Counted from the first letter of the stretch, positions 28,546 through 37,392 are shown. The stretch is 53,077 nt of DNA from Sulfurimonadaceae bacterium (GCA_041553795.1 JBFEIF010000001.1:1-53077); one strand, 5' to 3'. Translations and numbers: made by a program. Notes: generated by a model from the letters alone, not told the origin.

Positions 28546-29704
28546 ATAAAAGCTCTTTCAGTTTGAGATGGGATTGGTAGTTTGTACGCGAGGCGATCGG
28601 TGTAGATGGAAAATACTTCGTCTCACCCTCTTTGATAAGGACAAAGAGATGCTCCGGTTTATCGAATGAACCCATTGACAGACGGATCAGATATTCGCCA
28701 GTCTTTATCTTGTAAAGACGTTCAAAATGGATAAATCCGTTTTCAAAACGCTGTGTAGAACCGTTGAGCTTTTCCAAGTCTGCTGTAGCTGTTCCCGAAA
28801 ATGTGAATGTAAAACTGTTGTCTATCTCGGCAGATATCTCATGGTTGGTCAATGTGATGTCATAGATGTTCTTTTCCATCTTTCGCCAGCGTGTCTCGTA
28901 TTTGGAGATGATTCCGATGTTCTGGTTCTTTCGTACCTGAAAGTCGCTTTGATTGAGCTCCAAGAAGGTCTGAAGCGAATAGGCGAAATAGTTTTCGCTG
29001 TCGGTACGAAGTTCGAGTCTCCCTCCCTGTTTTAAGGCACGGATAGATTCGGAGATAAAGGCTTTGGAAATAACACGTCGGTGCGGTTTTTTGTCCCATG
29101 GAACAGGAAAGTGTACAAAGATCTTTCCAACAAGGTTTGAGGGCACGAACTCCAAAAAGAGGCGTGCGTCAAAATCCAGAAGCAGAACATTGTCAAGGTT
29201 CTGAATTGCTATCTGTTTAAGTACCTGCTCAATGGAAGCCTTATGGATCTCAAGACCGATATGAAGCACATCCGGGTTCTCTTTTGCCTGGTGAAGCAGA
29301 TGCACACCCGAGCCAAAGCCTACTTCGACCCAGATCTCTTTGGCATCAGGGAAAGACTTCGCAAAGAACTCAATAGGTTTGAGGGCAGACTCTTTTTCCC
29401 TGTGGTGAAGCTCTTTTTGGGCGAGGTTGGAAAAAAGTATCTCAAGTGCGGCTTTATCGGCATAGGCCTGAATAGCATTCTTAATATGGAAATTGGGAGA
29501 GACACGCGTGACCTTGTCACTTTTCAGGAGCCAGTTTTCCTGACCTTTTTTGACCTGAAGCAAAAAGGTTTTCTCTTCGCTCTTGGCACAGATCAGTCTC
29601 TCTTCAGGGTAGTTGACATTGGCGGCGATAAAGTCGAATTCTATTCCCTCATGGGAAAATGGAAACGGGATTTCTTTGAAGTCTTTGATTTGAATATGTG
29701 GCAT
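28538..29704 (-). CDS. trmB: tRNA (guanine-N7)-methyltransferase, long form
   Basis: The central domain has VEVGFGSGVHLL (SAM site) and FVHFPVPWDKKPHRRV (TrmB signature). N- and C-terminal extensions of about 100 aa each are present. Confidence 0.8.
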   Translation of the reverse strand: MPHIQIKDFKEIPFPFSHEGIEFDFIAANVNYPEERLICAKSEEKTFLLQVKKGQENWLLKSDKVTRVSPNFHIKNAIQAYADKAALEILFSNLAQKELHHREKESALKPIEFFAKSFPDAKEIWVEVGFGSGVHLLHQAKENPDVLHIGLEIHKASIEQVLKQIAIQNLDNVLLLDFDARLFLEFVPSNLVGKIFVHFPVPWDKKPHRRVISKAFISESIRALKQGGRLELRTDSENYFAYSLQTFLELNQSDFQVRKNQNIGIISKYETRWRKMEKNIYDITLTNHEISAEIDNSFTFTFSGTATADLEKLNGSTQRFENGFIHFERLYKIKTGEYLIRLSMGSFDKPEHLFVLIKEGETKYFPSTPIASRTNYQSHLKLKELLYG

Positions 29705-29711
29705 TTAAGTC

Positions 29712-30965
29712 TTATCTATCGGGAGTTGAAAACAGAACATCTACTGCTTGTGTTGGTTCAGACATAATGTCATACTTGTCTACGGCTACGACTTGAAACT
29801 TATATTGCGTATCGGGTTTCAGGTCCTGTACGGTATAGTTTTCTTCTTTAATACCGGTGATCTCTTGTGTTGTAGAGCTGATCCAGCTCTCTTTTGTTGT
29901 TTTGATGACGGTATAGCTTTTAGCTCTTTGATCGTTGCTTTTCCATGTCAATACAGCAGAGCTGTTATTGACGACTGCATCGATAAAAGTCGGTGTGTTC
30001 GGCTTAGCTAAACTGCTTCCGTGTGCCGGTGTGCTTTGCTGCGGACCTTCGAGCCCATCTTTGTCGATCGAAGTCACCTTGTAATAGTAGTTCTTGCCGT
30101 CTTCTTTGATCTCATCGACAAATTCTGTCTCGTTGAGTTTTACATAATACTCATAAGAACCTGACCCTGAAGGAGAACGGTAGATCTTGTAGTAGGCATG
30201 ATCTTTTACATTGCTCGGCGCCCATGAAAGTCTTATCTTTTTTGGAAGGGCTGTCGTAGCATCAAGAGCGGTTATTTGTGCTGGAATCGGCTTTGTAACG
30301 ACTTTTGCGATATCGCTTGGAGTCGATCTGATATTATCATAGGTCAAGGCGCGTAAGCGGTATTTATAGACGCGGTTATCGTCAAGGCCCTTGTCTATAT
30401 ATTCTGCCTGAAGGCGGTTCTTGATAACCGCGATTTCATCCCAATCCGGTTTTTCAACCGTCTGGCGTTCAAGGACATAACCCTTTACGTCAATACGGTC
30501 ATGAGGACGCCAGATCAGTTTTGCCATGCGAGGAAGGTTTCCTATAGAGTCAAAGAAACTGACTGAGACCAAAACAGGCTCTGTAGTGACTCTGAAGGTC
30601 TTTGAAGCATCTGACTCCTGACCTTTGGTATTATAGGTGGAAAATCGGTAGGTATAGGTAGTGTTTGGTTTCAGACCAGAGTCTGTGTAGTGGGAAACAA
30701 AACGGCTCTCTACACTGCTGTGACGCTCAAGTTTGTCATTATTTTCTTCAGGATTGCTGCGGTAGATATAATACCCTTTGACTCTGTGGTCTGTCGAGGG
30801 GACCCATTCAAAAGCGATATCGGTCATAGTCTGGATATGGCCATTGACTTTGACCTTAGGAAGACTTGGGTCGATCTGAGGCTCAGCCGGTGCACTCGGC
30901 TGTTGAGTACATCCGCTAAGAAAGAATAAAGTGGCGAGCAAAGTTCTCAGGACTAATTGCTTCAT
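29712..30965 (-). CDS. flpA: Fibronectin type III repeat lipoprotein (FlpA-like)
   Basis: Lipobox FFLSGC after the start MKQLVLR. Four repeats each show the W...Y.(Y/V).R...Y.(Y/F)(R/K/Q)(F/L/V) FN3 pattern. It sits between rluD and trmB, as I recall for C. jejuni flpA. Confidence 0.6.
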   Translation of the reverse strand: MKQLVLRTLLATLFFLSGCTQQPSAPAEPQIDPSLPKVKVNGHIQTMTDIAFEWVPSTDHRVKGYYIYRSNPEENNDKLERHSSVESRFVSHYTDSGLKPNTTYTYRFSTYNTKGQESDASKTFRVTTEPVLVSVSFFDSIGNLPRMAKLIWRPHDRIDVKGYVLERQTVEKPDWDEIAVIKNRLQAEYIDKGLDDNRVYKYRLRALTYDNIRSTPSDIAKVVTKPIPAQITALDATTALPKKIRLSWAPSNVKDHAYYKIYRSPSGSGSYEYYVKLNETEFVDEIKEDGKNYYYKVTSIDKDGLEGPQQSTPAHGSSLAKPNTPTFIDAVVNNSSAVLTWKSNDQRAKSYTVIKTTKESWISSTTQEITGIKEENYTVQDLKPDTQYKFQVVAVDKYDIMSEPTQAVDVLFSTPDR

Positions 30966-31881
30966 TAATAAACTCCATGTCAAAATTTTCATTCAGATAC
31001 TGCATCATGCTGTCTTGAACAGGTGCAATAAACTCCATCTTTTTGCCGGATGTAGGATGCACGAAATATAATATATAGGCATGCAGTAAAATCTCGTTGA
31101 TTTTATCTTCTTTGCTCTTAAATCCGTATAAATGGTCACCAACGATACCGCGGCCTATGCTTTCGAGGTGGACGCGGATCTGGTGTGTACGGCCGCTGTA
31201 AAGTTTGCAGGCGATGAGTTCGGTCTTTTCATCCTTGGACGGATAGAGTTTTGTGAATTGTGTTTTTGAAGCTTTGCCGTCTTCAGTGACTGCCATCTTC
31301 AAACGGTTCGTTCCATTTCTGCCGATAGGCTTGTCGACGATGATGTTCTCTTTTAAAGGGATATTGATGACTGCAAGGTAAAAACGCCCCATAGTACGGT
31401 CTTGAAGCTGTTTAGAAAGTGCTTCATGCGCTTCATTGCTTTTGGCAATGACCATCACTCCGGTCGTACCCTTGTCAAGACGGTGGACGATACCGTGGCG
31501 TTCTTCGCCGCTTATTGTCGAGAGGCGGACACCTTTGTGTTTCAGCCAGTCGACAAGGGTCGCTTCTTTAACGGAAGGAGCAGGGTGGACAGTCAGCCCT
31601 TTCGGCTTGTTGATGACGAGAAGGTCATCATCTTCATAGAGGATCTGGACATCAAAGTCGATCTCAAGCGGTTCGGTGATGACAGGTTCCGGAAAATCTA
31701 TCTGCAGTGTCTGGTCAGCTTTGAGTTTCAGACCTGTTTTCGTGACGACCTTGCCATCGACACTGACGCATCCTTCTTTGATCAGGGAGAGGACTTGATT
31801 TCGTGTTGTCTCAAGAGCGGTGCTTAAGAACTTGTCAAGCCGTTCGGGTGTCTCACAGATAAAGTTCGTCGTTTCTTGCAT
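30916..31881 (-). CDS. rluD: 23S rRNA pseudouridine synthase, RluA family with an S4 domain (RluD-like)
   Basis: N-terminal S4 domain (RLDKFLS...) and catalytic motif HRLDKGTTGVMV. Confidence 0.85.
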   Translation of the reverse strand: MQETTNFICETPERLDKFLSTALETTRNQVLSLIKEGCVSVDGKVVTKTGLKLKADQTLQIDFPEPVITEPLEIDFDVQILYEDDDLLVINKPKGLTVHPAPSVKEATLVDWLKHKGVRLSTISGEERHGIVHRLDKGTTGVMVIAKSNEAHEALSKQLQDRTMGRFYLAVINIPLKENIIVDKPIGRNGTNRLKMAVTEDGKASKTQFTKLYPSKDEKTELIACKLYSGRTHQIRVHLESIGRGIVGDHLYGFKSKEDKINEILLHAYILYFVHPTSGKKMEFIAPVQDSMMQYLNENFDMEFINEAISPENFARHFILS

Positions 31882-31962
31882 GGGAGGCCTTGGTGTAGAG
31901 AAAATTTTTATTAAAATATTTTTTGCATACTAAAGAGGTTCATATAGTGATATAATTCGCAC

Positions 31963-33084
31963 ATGTTTAAAAAAATAGATCGCCGGATTATAGCACATTT
32001 TGATTATATTTTAATGGCACTGATCACGCCGATTATCCTTGTTTCGGGGATGCTGATTGCCGAAATCGTCCCTGCTTTGGCGCACAAGCATATGGTTTAT
32101 GTACTTGTGAGTCTTATGGCCTTCATTTTTTTCTTTCTTTTTCCTATACGCCGTTTTTCTTGGATGATCCCCTTTATCTATTGGCTCAACATCATCCTGC
32201 TTTTGGCGGTTGAGTTTTTGGGTCACTCAAGGTTGGGAGCAAAGCGCTGGCTTGAGCTTCCTCTCATTAATTTTACACTTCAGCCCTCAGAACTTATCAA
32301 ACCCGCCTTTGTCCTGATGCTCGCTTATCTGATCAGTAAGAATCCGCCGCCGCGTGACGGTTACAGACTAAAAGACTTTCTAAAATTGAGTTTTTTTATT
32401 CTGTTGCCTTTTTTTCTGATTGCAAAAGAGCCGGATCTCGGTACGGCTATGGTACTGATGCTTCTTGGTTTTGGTGTACTTTTTGTCATTGGTGTACACT
32501 GGAAGATATGGGCAAGTCTGGCAAGTATTCTGCTCTTGTCGGCACCTTTGCTTTACGGACAGCTGCATGATTATCAGAAAAAGCGTATTCATGACTTTCT
32601 TAGCGAGAAACCCTCTTATCACGTTCAGCAGTCCATCATCGCCATCGGTTCGGGTGGTCTTAGCGGTAACAGTGTTGAAGGCTCTACTCAGACGCAGATG
32701 AAGTTCTTGCCCATTGCTTCGAGCGATTTTATCTTTGCTTACGTTGTCGAACGTTTTGGCTTTTTGGGCGGTCTTATGCTGGTCGCCCTTTACGCCGCAT
32801 TGATCTTGCATCTGTTTTCCATGGCCTGGTCGAACCAGGATTATTATATCAAGGTAGTCAGTCTCTCACTCTCTTTTCTGTTCTTTATCTACATGAGTGT
32901 CAATATCGCGATGACGATAGGTTTTGCACCGGTTGTAGGCGTGCCTTTGCCGATGTTCTCTTACGGGGGAAGCAGTTTTGTGAATTTTATGATCATCATC
33001 GCCGTCTTGCAAAACCTGTTGGCTTTTAGATTCACTTTTTACTATAACTCGGACAGGCGTTTGATAGACCCTCTGGCCAAATAA
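31963..33084 (+). CDS. SEDS-family peptidoglycan glycosyltransferase (RodA/FtsW)
   Basis: 373 aa, about 10 TMs, with the conserved motifs EPDLGTA and SDFIFA. I cannot tell RodA from FtsW by eye. Confidence 0.85.
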   Translation: MFKKIDRRIIAHFDYILMALITPIILVSGMLIAEIVPALAHKHMVYVLVSLMAFIFFFLFPIRRFSWMIPFIYWLNIILLLAVEFLGHSRLGAKRWLELPLINFTLQPSELIKPAFVLMLAYLISKNPPPRDGYRLKDFLKLSFFILLPFFLIAKEPDLGTAMVLMLLGFGVLFVIGVHWKIWASLASILLLSAPLLYGQLHDYQKKRIHDFLSEKPSYHVQQSIIAIGSGGLSGNSVEGSTQTQMKFLPIASSDFIFAYVVERFGFLGGLMLVALYAALILHLFSMAWSNQDYYIKVVSLSLSFLFFIYMSVNIAMTIGFAPVVGVPLPMFSYGGSSFVNFMIIIAVLQNLLAFRFTFYYNSDRRLIDPLAK

Positions 33085-33176
33085 AAAGTTTTTTTTGCAT
33101 ATGCCTCTAAATCGTGTTTAGATTTAGATAGTTGTAAGAAATAAAACCTTATAATCTCGGCCTTGCAACAATAAGT

Positions 33177-33253
33177 GGGTTCATAGCTCAGTTGGTTAGA
33201 GCCCTCCGCTCATAACGGAGTGGTCGAGTGTTCGAGTCACTCTGAACCCACCA
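33177..33253 (+). tRNA. tRNA with anticodon CAT (elongator tRNA-Met, or tRNA-Ile2 if lysidine-modified), CCA encoded
   Basis: Hand-folded cloverleaf: acceptor GGGTTCA/TGAACCC, D stem GCTC/GAGC, anticodon stem CTCCG/CGGAG with loop CTCATAA, T stem GAGTG/CACTC with loop TTCGAGT, discriminator A, CCA. Confidence 0.9.
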
Positions 33254-33257
33254 CTTA
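33190..33257 (+). repeat. attL-type core: the 3' 64 nt of the tRNA plus 4 nt, repeated exactly at 40578-40645
   Basis: Base-by-base comparison shows 68/68 identity between the two copies. Confidence 0.9.
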
Positions 33258-33278
33258 TAAACTTTTTCCCCAAACCTT

Positions 33279-33301
33279 TGCTACACATTATGCTACACAA
33301 A
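33279..33301 (+). repeat. Paired 8-mer direct repeat TGCTACAC-N4-TGCTACACAAA (candidate integrase arm-type site, left end)
   Basis: The same 23-nt pattern recurs in the same orientation at 40513-40535, just inside the right end of the island. Confidence 0.5.
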
Positions 33302-34453
33302 AGGCATACATTGAGCAATTATATCATCAAGCGTAATGACAGTTATCACTATAGAAGACGTATACCTAAGCGGCTTCAGGAATTCTTTTCTACACCTACC
33401 TATACAAAGACCTTGTCTAAAGATATGGCAACAGCAAAGGTAATGGCCTTGGAGATCACTGCTGCACTTGCAACAGCTGAAACAATGGTAAAGATAAATC
33501 AAATACCTGACCTATCTTCTCTGAATTCTTCCTGTAAAGAGATGCCACCCACGTTGTCCACGTTATCATTAGGGTACTTCAAGACCTTGCGAATTACGGC
33601 AACTAAAATGAATGAATACATCACTGTGATGAATACAATTGTCGCAATTACGGATGCTATTTCTCATAAAGATTTAGATTTGATCAGAGAAAGACTTCAG
33701 CTCCTACCTAAGAGAAATATCCATAAGTATCGGGTCATGCCGTTAAAGGAACTAGTGTCCTTACATACATTAAAGAGGGTTGAGCAGGGGGAAAGACTTA
33801 TAGCAAAGAGCATTAACGAATACATCAAGATCTTAAATGCTGTACTGGCTTATGGGTATGGAAGAGGAACGCTGCAACAAAACCACAAAGTAAAGTTGAT
33901 TCCAATTGCTCACCAAGCTAGAACAGAGAGATCGGCCTTGACAGCGGAAGAGATAAAGGAGCTTCTGGAGTCTGCTAAGAGCCCTGAATTGGCTTTATCA
34001 TATCAACTGCTTTACTTATCCGGCATGAGATTGTCAGAAGTTTACAAGTGCACTATTAGCCTTGTTGATAATATATTATGTTTTGATCTACGGAACTCTA
34101 GAACTGCTCTGAAAAATAGTAACAGTTATCGGACTATTCCTATTCATTCGGCTATTGAGGATCCATATCAGACACTACAAGCCATAAATTCTTTACAACC
34201 TAATTATGTGAGTAAACAAGCTTCTAAAGCCCTTGGTGGAGGTAAGAAGACGTTATACAGTTTAAGGCATAGTTTTGCTACGGACTTGGTTGCAAGTGGA
34301 GCAGATGTAAATATGGTATCAGAACTAATGGGTCATGCCCACAAAGGAATGACGTTGAACCGTTATGCCAAGGGATATTTTATTAAAGACTTACAGGGAG
34401 TTATAGAACGACTAAAGTTATCTCATAATAGTGGATTTGATTTTTCGAGCTGA
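33290..34453 (+). CDS. Tyrosine recombinase / phage-type integrase
   Basis: The C-terminal catalytic region has LRHSFATDLV, ELMGHAHKGMTLNRYAKG (H-x-x-R ... Y) and an upstream SGMRLSEV Arg box. It lies next to the tRNA. ATG at 33290 is preferred over TTG at 33278. Confidence 0.9.
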   Translation: MLHKRHTLSNYIIKRNDSYHYRRRIPKRLQEFFSTPTYTKTLSKDMATAKVMALEITAALATAETMVKINQIPDLSSLNSSCKEMPPTLSTLSLGYFKTLRITATKMNEYITVMNTIVAITDAISHKDLDLIRERLQLLPKRNIHKYRVMPLKELVSLHTLKRVEQGERLIAKSINEYIKILNAVLAYGYGRGTLQQNHKVKLIPIAHQARTERSALTAEEIKELLESAKSPELALSYQLLYLSGMRLSEVYKCTISLVDNILCFDLRNSRTALKNSNSYRTIPIHSAIEDPYQTLQAINSLQPNYVSKQASKALGGGKKTLYSLRHSFATDLVASGADVNMVSELMGHAHKGMTLNRYAKGYFIKDLQGVIERLKLSHNSGFDFSS

Positions 34454-34952
34454 TGTGGACTACGATAAGGCTTGCACTGTTGTTACAGGTAGGTGCTGTG
34501 AGAGATGGGTTTAATTAACATTGTTTATACAGCCTTCATAAGTCCATCTCTATACTCCGATGGCTCTAAGACTTCTGTCTCCTCTCTTGAGCTTCTATCA
34601 GCTGTTTAAATTTCATTTTAGCTACCAGTGATACCTTTCACTACAGAATAAAATATCAAGCTCAAATTGATTAAAACTTAAGCAGAATCTCTCACGCTCG
34701 CACCTGCTTCATAACTGAGAAGATGGCCTCTTAAATCTCAGTAAAAGTGAGCTTTACAGGTTGTATTAGGTGTATCTATCAGTATATAATTACATGTACT
34801 AAACGTTTTAAGAAGAAGCAAACAATGGTCGTCTGATACCTCCTGGTTCGCTTCTTCTTAAAGGGTTTATAGGTGGCCAGGAAAATCAGACACTCCTTAG
34901 CAGTCCTCTCTCCCAATAAAAGAAAATAATATTTGTCTGTAAGGATTATCAT

Positions 34953-36104
34953 ATGGATAAATTAAATACAGTTGAGCCGCGTGCTCTAAACATTAAAGCA
35001 GGAAACTGCGTATCGGCCCTTAATAATACTACTAAGGTTCAGTCACAGATCGAACCTCAGGGTTCGCTTGAGACTAAAATTATTACATTAGAAACAGCTG
35101 AGTCACTTGAAGTTGGCCTAGCTTCATTAACACACAAGCTTACAGGTAAGGAATATAGCAGTCTTAAACATAATATATCTGAGATAGGTATCACGAGTCC
35201 AATTGAGATATATGATGGCAGATTATCTGATGGTAGACATCGCATCAGAATTGCAAGAGAATTAGGTATCACAGAACTTACTGCTGTTACTATTACTGAA
35301 GCACCACTTGCCAATTTTATGAAACATGAAGTGGGTAGAGAAAACTCACCAGTGCAGAAAGCGATATTGGCAGCTAAGTTAATGTCAGAATTTGGTATTG
35401 ACAGAAAAGAAGCTGAAGCTCGAACCGGTGCCAATAAAAATTATATTAATACGATTAGGAGAATGATGACTTTATCTGAATCAGTTGTAAATGAGATATA
35501 TGATGGAAAACCTTACCTTGGTATGGATAAGACAAGGATAAATCAACTCAATAAGATAGAAGCTGATATGAAAGCAAGAGCGTCATATAATCCGTTCAAT
35601 GGTGCTACAGGAGACACATCAATTGAAGACTGGGATTTTGACGACACACGGCCTAACCGCTATGACATTGTTGAACAATTTATATCTGACTTTAAACGTT
35701 CAGGACTATCTGCCAGTGATGCTATTGCGATCTTAAAACTATCGGATAGAGAACAAGAAGAATTAAGGATAAGAGCAAAGGGTGAAGATAATCTTGAGGA
35801 TAAACATGAAAGAATAGAAAGTGATATAAGTGAATCCTTCACAGTCCCTTGCTCGAAAACTCAACCTGAAGCTTATGCAGCATTTATAGAAAAGCGCAAA
35901 GTTCAACGTGAAGAACGGATAGCTTCTATGAGCAAAGATGAGCAAGAACGCTTATATGCAGCAATCGCACGAAGAGAAGAGAGGGGTGATGCATCATTAA
36001 GTGACGTACAGTTAACTTACTTCAAGAAGCTGGATAGAATTGCAAGAAGTATAGATATTGTAGCAAAGCTAAAATCATCCGCTGTTGCTCGAAAGGCTGC
36101 ATAA
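34953..36104 (+). CDS. ParB N-terminal-domain (ParB/sulfiredoxin-like) protein with an HTH and an acidic coiled-coil tail
   Basis: PIEIYDGRLSDGRHRIRIARELGI is a ParB-N/DGxHR-type motif. A helix-turn-helix-like segment follows (RKEAEARTGANKNYINTIRRM). No ParA partner is present. Confidence 0.65.
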   Translation: MDKLNTVEPRALNIKAGNCVSALNNTTKVQSQIEPQGSLETKIITLETAESLEVGLASLTHKLTGKEYSSLKHNISEIGITSPIEIYDGRLSDGRHRIRIARELGITELTAVTITEAPLANFMKHEVGRENSPVQKAILAAKLMSEFGIDRKEAEARTGANKNYINTIRRMMTLSESVVNEIYDGKPYLGMDKTRINQLNKIEADMKARASYNPFNGATGDTSIEDWDFDDTRPNRYDIVEQFISDFKRSGLSASDAIAILKLSDREQEELRIRAKGEDNLEDKHERIESDISESFTVPCSKTQPEAYAAFIEKRKVQREERIASMSKDEQERLYAAIARREERGDASLSDVQLTYFKKLDRIARSIDIVAKLKSSAVARKAA

Positions 36105-36250
36105 TGTTACTGATTGTAGATAAAGCGAGAGTGCTGGGAAATAGTAAGAAATCTAAACTCTTTAATTCTGATGACCTCTATACTAAATCAATGTACCGTA
36201 TAAAAGAGAAAAGAATGATAGAAAATATTGCTAAATAGGGACCTCCTTCC

Positions 36251-36961
36251 CTAAACATTAAGATGTTGTACATATGCTATTAATAGTCCTATTGTAGCTG
36301 CATAAATAATAACATCAATTATTTTTTTTCTTTTTTTCTCTTTTAAATCAAGCTTCTTTTTTCTTTCTTTCTCTCTTTCTCTCTTCTGTATAGTTATCTT
36401 TTCTTCTTCCTCTTTAAGCTTTTCAATTTGACATTGCTCTTCTAGTATCTTTTCTCGTTCAGATATGATAGATTGACTTCTGTATTTAACATATAATGCT
36501 AAAGTCTTGTTATCATCACCAGAACTGTTCTCTACGGCTTTAAGCCACAGTCCAGGCTTTTTAATGTCCTTAGATAATTCATCAGCAACGATGTCATATA
36601 TTGCTTCTTCATCTTTACTTGTTGAATAATCCTCTACAGACTTTGTTGTTGTATGGTCTACTAACTTAATATCGTAAGTTGTATCAGTGAAGAGCTTCTC
36701 AGAGATATACTGAAATAACTTGGGCTTCGTAAGCTCATGATATGCTATTTCCAAGGATGTAAATGCATCTTTTATTGATTGAACTCGATATTGTAAATAT
36801 ATCGATTCAGCATTAGAATGATTGCCATTAGAATTAGCCAAGGCCTTTCCCCATAAACCTTTGATAACTGTATTATTTTCTATCTCATTCAAAACAAACT
36901 CATATAATATTTCGTCATTTGCTCTATTCGCAATAGATTTCTTCTTTAAATAGTCAATCAT
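36251..36961 (-). CDS. Hypothetical tail-anchored protein with an internally duplicated domain
   Basis: Two copies of a motif of about 45 aa (GLWGKALANSNGNHSNAESIYLQYRVQSI and GLWLKAVENSSGDDNKTLALYVKYRSQSI). A K/E-rich coiled coil and a C-terminal TM (VIIYAATIGLLIAYV) follow. Confidence 0.55.
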   Translation of the reverse strand: MIDYLKKKSIANRANDEILYEFVLNEIENNTVIKGLWGKALANSNGNHSNAESIYLQYRVQSIKDAFTSLEIAYHELTKPKLFQYISEKLFTDTTYDIKLVDHTTTKSVEDYSTSKDEEAIYDIVADELSKDIKKPGLWLKAVENSSGDDNKTLALYVKYRSQSIISEREKILEEQCQIEKLKEEEEKITIQKREREKERKKKLDLKEKKRKKIIDVIIYAATIGLLIAYVQHLNV

Positions 36962-37134
36962 ATTATATGCCTTGTTATGTTGTTTGATATTATATATGTG
37001 GGTTTATGCAAGTATAAAAGAAGACACCTTAATTTCTACATGTTCTAAAATAACTATGGGTTCAATTATTTCTAAATCAATTAGAAAGTTCACCTTCAAG
37101 ATGACTTCAAGAACTAGGCACCTGTCCCAGCCTC

Positions 37135-37392
37135 CTATTCTGCTTTAATTTCTCGGTAACTATTATAAAGTTCAAGCTGCTCCTTTGTCATAGCCTGCCT
37201 CAAACCGGTGTATTTGACTTTATCAGTAAAACAATGGATAGTTGATCCTGAATGCAGAGCGTAGTTAGTACAATCTGAGTCTCCTACATAAAAGTACTGA
37301 GTGCCAACAAGCATAGGTGCGGCCGACTTAATCGAACTTGGCAATACGACTAAAGAAAGGATTAATATGAATAAATTGCTATATAAGTTCAT
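37135..37392 (-). CDS. Small secreted hypothetical protein
   Basis: The likely start MNLYSNLFILILSLVVLPSS is a signal peptide. The mature part is about 60 aa with 2 Cys. No motif recognised. Confidence 0.35.
   Translation of the reverse strand: MNLYSNLFILILSLVVLPSSIKSAAPMLVGTQYFYVGDSDCTNYALHSGSTIHCFTDKVKYTGLRQAMTKEQLELYNSYREIKAE

Noticed and set aside
33177-33253. The tRNA(CAT) as an initiator tRNA-fMet
   Set aside because: The acceptor stem starts with a paired G1-C72 rather than a C-A mismatch, and the anticodon stem lacks the three consecutive G-C pairs. It is therefore an elongator Met or Ile2 type.
36168-36215. CTGATGA...GAAA resembling a hammerhead ribozyme core
   Set aside because: No helices I-III can be drawn around the motifs. 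It is most likely a chance occurrence in AT-rich sequence, inside the 44-codon micro-ORF.
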